From: Octopus bimaculoides
Taxonomy: Eukaryota
Length of the DNA stretch: 64,000 nt
Direction of reading: 5' to 3'
Assembly (NCBI RefSeq): GCF_001194135.2
Contig: NC_068981.1
Span: 128,366,714-128,430,713 of the forward strand
Shown: one piece after another, positions 39,056 through 50,329 of the stretch
How the letters are laid out: each line of letters opens with the position of its first letter
Position numbering within the stretch: position 1 is the stretch's first letter
Notes under the pieces: model-generated
Seen by the model: only the letters and a program-made list of their open reading frames with translations
What the model was told of the DNA's origin: nothing
The model's database searches: none
Position numbers and translations under genes: made by a program

Positions 39056-40269
39056 AAAGGGCGGTAAGATTGCCAATATAAGAGGAGAGAGGGGAAGAGC
39101 AACTGGATGTCCAGTAAGAGAAACGAGATTTCCAGTATTGGTGGTGGGGTGGGAAAGGGTGGGTGCAACCATGAACAACAGGGTGCCATTTTAAGGAGCA
39201 GAGGATACAAGTAAAAATTATTTTAGAGCAAAATACGAAATATGTATACACATGTAGCCAAGAAACAAGGTTAGTCATTTTAGGGGCAGAACAAACAAGA
39301 AATGAATTATTTTAGAGAATAGATGAGTTTGAATGAATGAGGTGATTAAAAACAAGAGAAATTCTTAGCTGTGCAAATTTTTGAGTGTCATCAAACAGCC
39401 AAACACTTGGAATAAACTAATGAAAGTCTGAGAGGTGGGGGAACAGGTGTGGAAGCAACAGCTGGAAATGGATGAAGATGGCACACTTTGCCCTAAGGGA
39501 GTAAGAGAAATAGCAGTGAGTAGCCACTGCAACCAGGAACAAGAGAGATACAGACAGGAAAGAAATTATTTTAGAGAACAGAACGAAATATGTAATCAAG
39601 AAACAAGGGAAGGGGTTATTTTAGAGGGAGAACTAATCATGCATTATTTTGTAGCTTTGAGATTTTGATGGTAACTGTTAATTTTTAGGAGAATATTGTA
39701 GTGTTGGTGCTCAAAGCCAGATCTGGCCAGTTTGAACATAAAACAGGTAAAATATTTTGGCCATATATGGCTGGTTTGAATGCTAAAGGATTGAGCTCAA
39801 AGTCTGCATTTTTGAAGGTCAAGGGTAAGTTGAGACCATCAATCCCAATATTTGACTGGTAATTTATTTTATCAATCCTGAAAGGATGAAAAGCAAAGTT
39901 GACATTGGTGAAAGTTGAACCCAGGATATTTACTGGAACAACAAATACTGTAAAGCATTTTCTCTAGTTGTCTATTCTACTAGATCAATACCTCACTGAT
40001 AAGGATACAATTAATAACAATCATTTTAACAACTGGCACAGGACCTAAAATTTGGAGGAGAGGGTACTAGTCTATTACATTGACCCTGAAAGTATGAAAG
40101 GCAAAGTTAACCTCAGCAGAATTTGAACTTGGAACATGAAGATGGATGAAATGCCACTAAACGTTTTGTCCAACAACAGTATTCTACCAGCTCGCCACCT
40201 AAATAATATTAATGATAATAAAATGATTTATTATAGTTCAGTGTGCATGTTTGACAGAGTGTAAGCATC

Positions 40270-40970
40270 TTGAGAGAAAAGTTAGGCATAAGAGAAATCA
40301 GATGTGGTGTACAAGAGAGACGACTGCGCTGGTATGGTCATGTTATGTGTATGGACGAGGACAGTTGTGTAAAGAAGTGCTGATCTCGAACTGTGGAGGG
40401 AACATGTCGTAGAGGTAGACATAGGACAAGGTGGTGGAGCATGATCTTCGAACTTTGAACCTCACAGAGGCAATGACTGGAGACCAAGATCTTTGGCGAT
40501 GTGCTGTGCTTGAGAGGGCCCATCAAGCCAAGTGCACCCATGCTGGTGGCATGTGAAGAACGTCTTTTGAATGTTGGTCCTCACAGAGGCAGAGTGGCTG
40601 AGTTCCTTTCGAGCGTTGGGTCTAACGGAGGCAAAGTGGCTGAGTTCCTTTCAAGTGTTGGGCCTCACGAAGGCAATGACTAAGACCTTTGGCATTATAT
40701 TGTGCTTGAGAAGAAAACCCATCAAGCTGAGCAAAATCACAGTCGTAGCAGATACCAGTGTCACGCAAACTGGCACCTGTGATAGTGGCACGTAAACACA
40801 GCCTGGTGTCACGCAAATGGCACCCGAGCCGGTGGCACATAAAATCCCCCATTACACTCTCAGAGTGGTTGGCGTTAGGAAAGGCATCCAGCCGTAGGAA
40901 ACCATGCCAAATCAGACTGGAGTCTGGTGCCAACCCATGCCAGCATAGACAACAGACGTTTGATGATGAA
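40270..40970 (+). mobile_element. RTE LINE 3' end with an internal ~42-bp tandem repeat and conserved tail
   Basis: QERRLRWYGHV..DEDSCVKKC. Repeated GAGGCA(G/A)AGTGGCTGAGTTCCTTTC units at 40580-40680. Tail GGTTGGCGTTAGGAAAGGCATCCAGCCGTAG. Confidence 0.8.
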
Positions 40971-41477
40971 CTTTCAGATTTTATAAAGAACTGAAAATGA
41001 GAAAAATATCAAGAATCAAGATTTTTCATAAAGCCTGAAAATAACTGATAATCAAAAGCCTTAAAATGACTGATAATCAGTGTCTCAAAAGAAAGTTACA
41101 ACCTAATAAACAATTTAAAACCAATCGTTAGCAAGAGTAGTTTCCCCTGATCTGAAACTTTCACTCTAATTTCAGCAGAGTGGTTAATAGTCTTTCGACA
41201 ATACAATACATTGAATAACTATTTCAGAATACACATCGTATTTTAATGTAATTACAGGAATCCCCAACATTCTGAAAGCATTGTCTTCCTGAAAATGTAG
41301 CCATAACATTAAGTTTCATATCACAAAACATATTTTCCCATTTTATAAACAAACTTTGGAAGCGTCAAATGTGTTTAGTATTGTACAGACAAGAAAGTAA
41401 ATTTCAAAAGGAGTATAGCCATGAAAACAGCAGAAAGATTGGATATTTTACCCTTATAAGATGGAAAAAAAGTTGCC

Positions 41478-41550
41478 AACAGATGGCTAAGAGATTCGAA
41501 CCCATACCCCTCAGATACCGGCTGAGTACTCTTCAATTAAGCTAAATGGC
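41478..41550 (-). pseudogene. tRNA-like sequence (SINE head or tRNA pseudogene)
   Basis: A box TAGCTTAATTGAAGAG, perfect 5-bp stem CTCAG/CTGAG around the 7-nt loop CCGGTAT, B box GGTTCGAATC. The acceptor stem does not pair. Confidence 0.5.
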
Positions 41551-41572
41551 TTGATTGACTCCATATAACATA

Positions 41573-43156
41573 CACTGGCCAAAATAAGTTTAAGACCAAT
41601 GGTAATAATTCTATTCCTTCATTAATATATTTTTAACAATACTGTATAAAATTATTTTATTTTTTACAGTCTATGTAGTATTTTCTTCTCTTTCGAATGA
41701 TATAGGTATAATATATCTTTCTACAATTTGAATAATTGTAATGCACAATTAATTCAATTGATGCAAATTAATAAACCAAATGGGTGGTCATATGGCTGGT
41801 AATACTGTAGTTTTGTTTAATAATCAAGCATTGTTATACATTAATTCACTATGGGAAAGTGTCATAACATCAGCCCAGTTACTAGATCAACGATTATGTT
41901 GCTTCATCAGCAAAACGTGTCCTTCATGAACATTAGCAAGCAATTAGGATGCAGCAAAATGGCTTGTGTTCAAGTATGGAAGCTTTGCCAAGCCACTGGT
42001 CAATACAAAGATCAGCAAAGAATGGGTGCTCCGAGAAAAACAACAGTACAGATGGATCAACGAATTCATAGGCTCTCTGAAGGTAACTGAATGCTAACAG
42101 CAGTGGACATTTGCAAGCAATTATCTGATGAAACTGACATCAGCTTTATGCCACAAACTGTCAGAAGCCACCTAAAAGAATTTGGACTGTTCAGCCAGAT
42201 CACTCGAAAGAAGCCGATAATTTCTGAGATGAACTGGCAGAAGTGGATCAAGTTTGCTAAAAGCCATATTGAATGAACAGTGGAATACTTGTCAAAAGTT
42301 CTTTAGAGTGACGAATCCCACTTCTCCATTTTCTGAATCAGACGATGGAAAGACTTATGTTAGATGCTGTCCAACTGAAGAATTCCATCCTGAGTCTCTC
42401 AAGAAAATGGCACAAGTGGGAGGTGGGGAGCTAATGGTGTGGGCCACGTTCAGCAGCTTAGGTGTTGGTCCAAATGTTAAGGTTGATGGCAGATTGAACA
42501 GTGCAGACTATCTGCAATTAGTAAATGAAAATGTGCTGCCATATTTAAATAATCAGATGCCACCAGCATTTATTTTACAGCAGGACAATTATCCCATTCA
42601 TAAGGCTAGGAAAGCTTTGCAACATTTTGAGCACAATAACATGGGGCCTGTGCAGAGCCCAGATTTGAATCTGATAGAAAATTTATGAAATTATGTTGCT
42701 AAAAGAGCTCATGCTAAAAAAAAGCAACAAATTTGTCCCAATTATATAATTTTATTGAAGAAATATGGCAGCACATACCAAGTGATTTTTGTGCTCATTT
42801 GTCAAACTCCCATGTCCTACCATTGTAAGGCCATAATTGAAATTAATGGCTATGGAACTAGATACTAATAATAAATTTTTGTTCATTGATCATTTGTGCC
42901 ATAAATTTTCAATTTAAACAAAATAATGTTGGTACAGTCTTAAACTTATTTTGCCAACAATTTTTAACCATTTGAAGTAATTGCACATTAAAATTATTCA
43001 AATTGTAGAAAGATATATTTTACCTATATCATTCGAAAGAGAAAAAAATTCTACATAGACTGTAAAAAGTAAAATAATTTTATACAGTTTTGTTAAAAAT
43101 AAGTTAATGAAGGAATAGAACTGTCATCATCGGTCTTAAACTTATTTTGGCCAGTG
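41573..43156 (+). mobile_element. Tc1-family transposon with long (~200 bp) TIRs, degenerate
   Basis: TIR ends CACTGGCCAAAATAAGTTTAAGACC / GGTCTTAAACTTATTTTGGCCAGTG, with TA on the left. Transposase pieces 41851-42688 contain GAPRKTT, SDESHF, LMVW, QQDN..H and SPDLNLIEN. The D-E spacing is 30, consistent with DD34E minus 4 aa. Confidence 0.93.
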
Positions 43157-44414
43157 GAGGAGTCAATTAAAAAATCAGTTACATGTTATGAAATTCTACA
43201 ATACAAGATTTTCAGAGATACAATGCCTCCATAACACAAGGGATGCTGTACCATTAAATCTGACATGATTGACATTACTAAACATGAGGTGAATATCCAG
43301 AGAGTTTATATACATTTAGATACATACAGTTGATTGATAATAAATTAATAGGTTAAACTAAAACAACTTAGAACTTCAATCTTATCTTCTATTACAAAAT
43401 ATTTCCATCTCAACTTTCAAGAACTTTTACAATAAAATTTACACCATTACTTTTACATTGAAGGCTCTTGACTGTCACACACTACACTTAAACAAACTGC
43501 AATGTACTTTCATCCTACCCCTAAACTTTCTTCTTCACATACTCATGCCAAGTTTCTACAATATAACAGCTTGTCTAAAAGGTATATAATTTATTCAATT
43601 ATTCACTAAAGATACATTAATTTTCATTAAAATTTCTCCTTAAAATCATTGAAGAGTATCTGGTGTTTCCTATCAATTATCTTCAAATAACACAGCTAGA
43701 ATAAGACAGCTCCACTCACATATTTACTTGCAAATACTTTTCTTCTATTTTATTTTTTTTATATAACCCATTTTATACAATTTTGTTAAAGATAAGTTAA
43801 TGAAGGAATAGAACTGTCATCATTAGTCTTAAACTTATTTTGGCCAGTGGAGGAGTCAATTAAAAAAATCAGTTACATGTTATGGAATCCTAAAATACAA
43901 TACAAGATTTTCAACTAATAATGTTGAACAAATGTAATATATTGCAATATATCATGGGCAGATCCAACTTAGTTGAGCCCAAGACAGCAAATGAAGTAAC
44001 AATAATTGTATATTAATGATTCAAGTAAATTGTTTGTTAGAAAGAGAGACAGAGAGTAGCTGTGAGATTAAAGACAAGAGTTCAAAATTTTTTACAACTA
44101 GTGTATAATTCTATTAGACATATATCAGCTTATGTCTATTGATCTGGTTAAAAGATACTTGCAATAGTGTTTCAGTACAATGATAAGCATTAAGAAGCTA
44201 AAACATTTGTTTGAAATATCTATAAGTGAGTGTAAAAATTATCAGACCCAACTCATGCTGATTAAAAAGAACAAAAGTAAAAACAGTTTATAAAACTTCT
44301 TAAACTTTCACCAATATAATTAGCATTAAATGCTTCAAGTCAATAGTATAGTTGCAATCAGAATAGAAAAGATTTTCCTAACAGTATACAACACACACAC
44401 ACCCATTGCTTTAC

Positions 44415-44492
44415 CTTGCTTGCTGGAACTCAGAACTCCAAACTTCATAAAGGGTTAACTTGCCACTGTTTTTGAAACTGCGTACACTGGAG
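44415..44492 (-). CDS. Exon D of the host gene (SSVRSFKNSGKLTLYEVWSSEFQQAR)
   Basis: Strong acceptor tttcattttgtttcag, AAG|gtaaag donor, 78 nt. One fully open frame, phase 2 to phase 2, which joins exon E in frame. Confidence 0.7.
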
Positions 44493-46392
44493 CTGAAACA
44501 AAATGAAAATCCAGAGCATGATGTTAAGAAGCTAAAGAAATGTAAACATATTCTCATAAAAAACAAAAATTGATAATTATAATGAATTTACAATGATTCA
44601 TTTCACCATTTGACATGTTTAGTAAAGTACTCACAACACTATTAAGTCACTTCTCACAAACAAGACAATTCACCCTTCAATATGGTGATAGTAACCACAG
44701 GGCATAGGGCCAGCAACTTGTCATTAGGGAAAGAAGTAACTATAATATTATTTGAAAGTCATCCTTGAATTATTCAAACAATTGGAGGCAGTTTCTTTTC
44801 AGTCCCTCAATCCCTTATGCGCACGCGTGCATGCGTGTGTGTGTGTGTGTGTGTGTGTGAATTCTATCTTGTCACTCTTAGTGCTACTGGTAACATGTAA
44901 CCCAGTACAACATGTTGCATTGTAGCATGATTGGGCCATCAAAGACTAAACTTACAACCCTACCAAGCTGCTTGCTAAGGGCAGTGGCTTTCATTAGATA
45001 CTCAGTAGGATAAAAATAAAACCTGTCGAAGGATGGATGTACTCAGGAGAGGCAAGGGCTATCCAACAAATGGGAATGAGAGATGCTCTAGTCTATGTTT
45101 AGACAGCTCGCTAAGAAAATAAAATTCTGAAACAACACCCACCTCATTGCAAAGCTAGAGATCTTGTTCTTGCTGGTTTCTGGACTATTTGGCTTTGAAG
45201 ATGAGAGTTTTAGTGGTATTGTGTTGTGTAAACTACTTCGGCTTTAAATTTCAGCATGGGCATTGCTAATAGCCATTGTCTTTAACACGTCTAGGAAAAG
45301 ATAATTTGTCAGTAATGGTCATACTTGTCTACAAGTTGACAGCCACCGAGAGAGAGAGAAAGTGTGTGTGTGTGTGTGTGCGCGTGCATATGTGTGCATG
45401 TATTTATGCTTACATTAGTACAATACACACACACATGCCTGCACAATATACATTTGTACAAAAGTGCAGTAGGCAGTATTGCTGTCAATTCTGTCAACAT
45501 ATTGTTCAGGCCTTCATGTCTTCAAAACTGTGTGGAATATGTGATCCCTTACTTGATAAACAGGTGAGTTAGCATCACAATTTTACAATTTAAATTTATT
45601 TTTAAGTCTCAAAATTAATAGTATACATGTATGAATTTTCTCACCTCACAGAGACATAATACTAATACATATATTTAAAATATGTGTATATAAGATACAC
45701 TGTACATATATTTAGTTTTAAATATCTTACTTTAAACAACCAGATATTTTATGGAGGGCTTCAATATAGTTTCGCATTTTGTTTTTAAAAGTTTCCTTGG
45801 AATCCAATTTTATGCTGAAATTTCTCTGCAGAAGGATTATCTGTGAAAATGTAACAGCATATTAATCCATCAATATTGTCACATAACAGAAACAAAATAT
45901 ATACCAAGAAATTAAAATAACCATAAAATCATAAATATGAAACAATTTAACAACCAATGAATACAATGATATAATAATCTACTTACAAATATTAATGAAG
46001 AAATAGGATGTGAAAGTAAATTACACAAATTCCTTATAATTTCTGTGAAACTGAACAATGATGTAACTGAAAATCGGTTTCAAAGGATTCATCCTAGATT
46101 CACAAAACCTTATATTTTTCTTAGTTTGTTAAACTCACCAGTACAGATTTTATTTAAGAATAGGTTTACAAGCACTGTATTAATTTCACCCTTCAGTATT
46201 CAGATTACTCTGTCAAATGTAATACTTATCTATTCACTTTGTTTTTGAATTAATCATGTTTTATTGCATAGCTTTGAGATTTCCATTTTGTGATTGCTAT
46301 TTTTAGAATATCAGTGTAGAGAAGTGGAAGAGGCCAGATCAAGCTGGTTTGAACATAGAACAGGTAGAATATTTGAGTTAGATATGGCTCCA

Positions 46393-47470
46393 GGGGAAGA
46401 AACTAGAAGTAGTTGATGGCTTCCGCTACTTAGACAACCGAGTTAGTAGTGGGGGTGGATGCTCTGAGAGTGTTACCACTAGAATAAGAATAGCCTGGGC
46501 AAAGTTTAGAAAGCTTCTACTCCTACTGGTGACAAAGGGCTTCTCGCTCAGAGTGAAAGGTAGATTGTATGATGCATGTGTGTGAACTGCCATGCTTCAC
46601 GGCAGTGAAACAAGGTCCGTGACTGTGGAGGACATGCGTAGGCTCAAAAGAAATGAAGCTAGCATGATCCACTGGATGTGTAATGTCAGTGTGCACTCAC
46701 GGCAGAGTGTAAGTACCCTGAGAGAAATGTTGGATATAAGAATCATCAGATGTGGTGTGCAAGAGAGACGTTTGCGCTGGTATGGTCATGTACTACAGAT
46801 GGATGAGGAGAGCTGTGTGAAGAAGTGTCACTCGCAAACAGTTGAAGGAATCCGGGGTAGAGGAAGACCCAGGAAGACATGGGATGAGGTAGTAAAGCAT
46901 GACCTTCGAATCTTGGGCTTCACAGAGGCAATGATGAAAGATCAAAACCTCTGGAGATATGCTGTGACTGCGAAGACCCGGCAAATAAAGTGAGTTCACG
47001 GCTGTATCCTACACCAGTTTCGCATAACCAGCACCAGCCCACTCAAAAGTAATTTGGATTGTAGGGTGACCTGCTGTGCTTGAGGAGACCTATTGAGTCA
47101 AGTACATCAACATCAAAATAGAAATCAAATGGAAATTGTAGTTGTGATACCCATGCCAGTGGCACGTAAAAGGCACCATCTGAACATGGCTGATGCCAGC
47201 ACCATCTTAACTGGCTTCCGTGCCGGTGGCACGTAAAAAGCACCAACCGATCATGGCCATTGCCAGTCTCCTCTGGCCCCTGTACTGGTGGCACATAAAA
47301 AGCACCCACTACACTCACGGAGTGGTTGGCGCTAGGAAGGGCATCCAGCTGTAGAAACACTGCCAGATCAGACTGGAACCTGGTGCAGCCTCCTGACTTC
47401 CCAGACCCCAGTCAAATCATCCAACCCATGCTAGCATGGAAAACGGACGTTAAACAATGATGATGATGAT
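46393..47470 (+). mobile_element. RTE LINE 3' fragment with tail ending in (GAT)n
   Basis: ORF 46592-46993 (MLHGSET..RLRWYGHV..RGRGRPRKTWDEVV) and upstream LEVVDGFRYL. Conserved tail and GATGATGAT end. Confidence 0.9.
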
Positions 47471-47477
47471 GGCTGGT

Positions 47478-48808
47478 TTAAACCTTTAGTGTTCAGACTG
47501 GTAAAAACCAGCTGAAAATAATTCCCCTTTATTTGTTTGAACTGGCCAAATCTAGCTGTGTCTAATTCCTCTGAACTTAGTGAAAGTGATTTCCTTGACA
47601 GAGTGATACTGTCAAGGAAATCACTTTCACTAAGTTCACTGTCACTCTCAGGGTCAGAATCTGATGCGCAGGTTTCATCTTCAAGTTCTTCTTCCAGAAT
47701 ATTCACCAACTGACGGAGTATCACTTCACCCTCTGTCCACTTCGACTTCATGATTCTAGCTTCCATTGTCCATCCATGTCCTTCATCTCAAGGCTTTACA
47801 ATGTTTGCAAGCTTCCATATCCCGGTTGGGAAGTTGCTTCGCCGAACATGTTGCTCATGGACATTTCTACATGGGAGTAGAGAAGCAAGATCAAATTGCT
47901 TAGATTTTGTGAAATCATCCTTCCCACCACACTCTGCTCACAAGGTTGTGAACCACAATGTATTCACCTTTTTTGTCCTTTTGTGACCATACAGCACATG
48001 TGAACCTCTCCAGTTCTTTCATTACCTCCTTATCAACTTCTCAAGACTCCCCTAACTTAGAGAATGCTTTCTAGAATGATTCACCTGTTTCAATGACTTT
48101 CAGTCCCTTCATTTTCCTCCTTCCCTTTGAAGGCACAGGTACTATATCATCTTCTGTGGTCATTTGCAGTGATTCAATGAAAGATTCCAAAGTACCATTT
48201 GCTAGATTTTGCCTTACTTCTATTCGACACATTCAGCAATATGTACAAAACATTATGTAAAAGTGCAGAAATATCTCACATTCCACAGGGTAAACACTAC
48301 TTCTATTCAATTTTTTTTCTACTTCTAGTATTAAAAAACACATGTAAACTTTTGTTTTGATTAATTTTCAATAAAAAAAAAACGCTATATGGTCTTGGTG
48401 ATAAATAAAATCTGTGGATGTGAGCTATTATAGGTAAAGGTCAAAGTTCATGACCTTTTGACCTCTGATGACTTTTTTACGGAATAAATTTGCTTATCAT
48501 TTGCATGAACTTGTAGATCTTGACCTGACAATCATTTTTAAGTGCTCATTTGAAATATTTTGATGAAGAGTGGCAAAGCCAGAGCTATCTGAATTTTCCA
48601 TACCCCTAATTTTCTGCCTCCAGGTGTAAAAGTGGGTGTGGTCAAAAAGTCCATGGTGATTGTCTTCCATCCCAATTTTTTTTGCTGGCAACATTAATTT
48701 TCTGACTTGTTAGACCCAGGACTACATGAAAATACCCCTTAAAGTAAATCACAAGGGCAGGGTGGGGTGAACCATGACCCCACTAGCCCATGGCCTATAA
48801 AGGGTTAA
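47478..48808 (-). mobile_element. TTAA-bounded DNA element with a degenerate coding relic (internally deleted)
   Basis: TTAA(A)CCTTTAG at 47478 and CTATAAAGGGTTAA at 48808. Minus-strand relic STCAFKGK / KAFSKLGES*EV..ELERFTC / LYG..DLASLLPC..HVRRSNF..GIWK..GHGW plus an acidic tail, with stops and frameshifts. Confidence 0.6.
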
Positions 48809-49236
48809 ATGTTGAATGAGTGATTTCACAACACCAGGTGAATTTGGAAGCACCACTTCTGGCCTCAGATAAAAATGTAACTTTATTCATCAAGTCTTCA
48901 GGAGGCCATAGCATTTAACAAATAGCAATCCACTTCAAGTGAATGAAACTTATAACATTTAGTGTCCTCCTGTTACTGACAGTAATAAGCTATGTGCCTA
49001 ACTAAACTGAGTTGTCGTACATTAAATGTCTGTATGAATAATACAGCTCAAGGATAATAGTGACCCTTAACTGGAAAGAACAGCAACTAAATATCTCCGC
49101 CAGCTGTAACTCGCACTATCAATGGATTAACATTCTCTTATTTTTATTTTAACAGGGTCTGGGAACCAATGCGTAGTAGCAGTCTGCATATAAAATCCTT
49201 GGATATTTAAGAAATGAAAAGTGTATCCTACCTCAC

Positions 49237-49285
49237 CATCATCCTGCACATCCACTTCTTCATCAACAAACCCATCGAAATTGAT
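49237..49285 (-). CDS. Exon C of the host gene (INFDGFVDEEVDVQDD)
   Basis: ggtatttcag acceptor. Donor G|gtgagg, or an alternative GAG|gtagga at 49232. The phase-0 start matches the preceding exon. Confidence 0.65.
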
Positions 49286-49453
49286 CTGAAATACCATTTA
49301 AAGAGAAAATTAATTGTAATAACAATAACAACAATTATATTAATAATAACTAGCTGGACCCGTGAAAAATTCACGGAAAATATAAATAGTGTAAGCATCT
49401 GTAAATTGTGTACTGGTGCCATGAGAAATGTTTCTATATTCTGACAGTTAAAA

Positions 49454-49668
49454 GCGGCAGGCTGGCAGAATCGTTAGCACGCCGGGTGAAATGCTTAGTG
49501 ATATTTTGTCTGTCTTTACGTTCTAAGTTCAAATTCTGCCTAGGTCAACTTTGCCTTTCATCCTTTCGGAGTCAATAAATTAAGTACCAGTTGCGTACTG
49601 GGGTTGATCTCATCAACTGCCCCCTTCCCCCCAAAAAAATTTCAGGACTTGTGCCTATAGTAGAAAAG
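49454..49668 (+). mobile_element. tRNA-derived SINE, full plus-strand copy
   Basis: GCGGCAGGCTGGCAGAATCGTTAGCACGCCGGG..AAGTTCAAATTCTGCC..GGTCAACTTTGCCTTTCATCC. Confidence 0.8.
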
Positions 49669-50329
49669 TATATTTATTTCTTTATTGCCCGCAGAGCAAT
49701 GAATTTAATATTTTTTTTAATGCTTTCATCCATTACTTGATACAAGAAAAATGAAATTGAAAAAATACTGACCAAAACAGAGAAATTGTAACTTAACAAA
49801 AAATATAGAGAGAGAAAGAAAAGGTTGTATTCGAAAGCCAAAAGATGTATTTTAGCTGAGGTGTAATTTTATAATTAAAACAAATTCAGAATTTAAATTT
49901 CAGAACATAAGACTTAACATGTTATCAGGTGTATGGCTGAATTCAAATGGATAGAAGACCTAAGACAAGTGTGTGTATGTGTGGGTGTGGCTGGGCCTTT
50001 AATAGCCAGGGATCAATTTCAGTTCAATCGTAGAAAGGAATTCAAATACCTATCAGCCACTCCTTCTTTCTCTCTCCCTTGCTCGATGCACACCTCAAAT
50101 TTAAGTATCTTAATCCTCTCATTAAGATCGTTGCTCCTTCAGTGGCCCAGTAGGCATGGGTGTTGAGAAGTAGTAATACAACACATAGGTGGTGGTTTCA
50201 AATCTCTTCCAGAAATTACAAGAGATCTAGTTAAAAATTTTCATTTAAGCAACAAAATTTCTTTCAATAGTTTCTTTCTCTCAAGTACGTAAGAAAAACA
50301 AATTGGCATATTAATATTATTGATAATAA

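Noticed and set aside
40580-40680. 42-bp tandem units as a CRISPR-like array
   Set aside because: No unique spacers, and the units lie inside a eukaryotic RTE 3' end.
41478-41550. Functional tRNA gene
   Set aside because: The acceptor stem does not pair and the loop lacks the invariant U33. Kept only as a tRNA-like relic.
45510-45563. Plus-strand exon with a perfect CAG|GTGAGT donor, plus a plus-strand acceptor at 49156 overlapping exon C (antisense transcript)
   Set aside because: The acceptor at 45509 is weak, there is no coherent ORF, and one such donor per window is plausible by chance.
47431-47766. Acidic ORF as a host exon or piggyBac transposase N-terminus
   Set aside because: It continues upstream through an in-frame stop into the repeat-encoded relic, so it is that protein's C-terminal tail.
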